Below, in pieces: positions 63,509 through 64,000 of a stretch of 64,000 nt of DNA; the first letter of the stretch is position 1; each line of letters begins with the position of its first letter. Under the pieces are notes generated by a model. That model was not told where the DNA came from and did no database searches. It saw only the letters and a program-made list of their open reading frames with translations. Made by a program: the position numbers and the translations under genes. The stretch is from positions 201,252,001-201,316,000 of the forward strand of contig OZ024743.1 in NCBI GenBank assembly GCA_964016885.1. The letters run 5' to 3'. The stretch is from Eledone cirrhosa (Eukaryota).

Positions 63509-64000
63509 GCTGTTGTTGTGGTGGTGCTGTTGTTGTTGGTGGTACTGTTGTTGTTGGTGGTGCTGTTGTTGTTGGTGGTGCTGTTGTTGGTGGTGGTGTT
63601 GTTGTTGGTGGTGGTGTTGTTGTTGGTGGTGCTGTGGTTGGTGGTGGTGCTGTTGTTGTTGGTGGTGCTGTTGTTGGTGGTGGTGCTGTTGTTGGTGGTG
63701 GTGCTGTTGTTAGTGGTGGTGTTGTTGTTGGTGGTGCTGTTGTTGTTGGTGGTGCTGTTGTTGTTGGTGGTACTGTGGTTGGTGGTGGTGCTGTTGTTGT
63801 TGGTGGAGCTGTTGTTGTTGGTGGTGGTGTTGTTGTTGGTGGTGGTGTTGTTGTTGGTGGTGCTGTTGTTGGTGGTGGTGCTGTTGTTGTTGGTGGTGCT
63901 GTTGTTGGTGGTGGTGCTGTTGTTGTTGGTGGTGCTGTTGTTGGTGGTGGTGCTGTTGTTGTGGGTGGTGCTGTTGTTGTTGGTGGTGCAGTTGTTGGTG
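20353..64000. repeat. Giant triplet-based satellite (GGT)2-4 GCT (GTT)2-4 with nested higher-order repeats
   Basis: Continuous to the window end; rare variant triplets recur in fixed order at about 0.84, 3, 6-7 and 18-21 kb offsets. Confidence 0.96.

Noticed and set aside
20355-63713. Huge plus-strand ORFs (poly Gly/Ala/Val, Val/Leu, Trp/Cys; up to 2484 aa)
   Set aside because: By-products of a stop-poor triplet satellite; they start at GTG/TTG, overlap in all frames and switch register at 1-bp deletions.

Overview
Eukaryotic, gene-poor, repeat-dominated DNA. The tRNA-derived SINEs look like cephalopod (octopus-type) families, judged by recall and not by a database search. No intact host gene is supportable. 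Nearly all listed ORFs are artefacts of simple repeats. Layout: (i) 1-8.7 kb, CCA/CAT/CA microsatellites, a tandem SINE trimer and a 2.7-kb minisatellite; (ii) 8.8-12.7 kb, a (TA)n tract filled with eight insertions; (iii) 12.7-20.3 kb, simple repeats and old SINEs; (iv) 20.35-64 kb, a >43-kb (GGT)n-GCT-(GTT)m satellite with nested higher-order repeats (about 0.84, 3, 6-7 and 18-21 kb). The eight insertions are a decayed DD37D (maT) Tc1/mariner transposon, a SINE, the 3' end of an RTE-like LINE, and five small non-coding fold-back elements. The main find is that three fold-back elements contain type I hammerhead ribozyme cores (CUGAUGA-stem II-GAAA-stem III-UH closed by stem I; four complete copies on the two strands), and a fourth may keep the 3' half of one. 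All five share one architecture: TA run, inverted arm, body, 3' tail, TA run. This fits TA-targeted non-autonomous Penelope-like/retrozyme-like retroelements.
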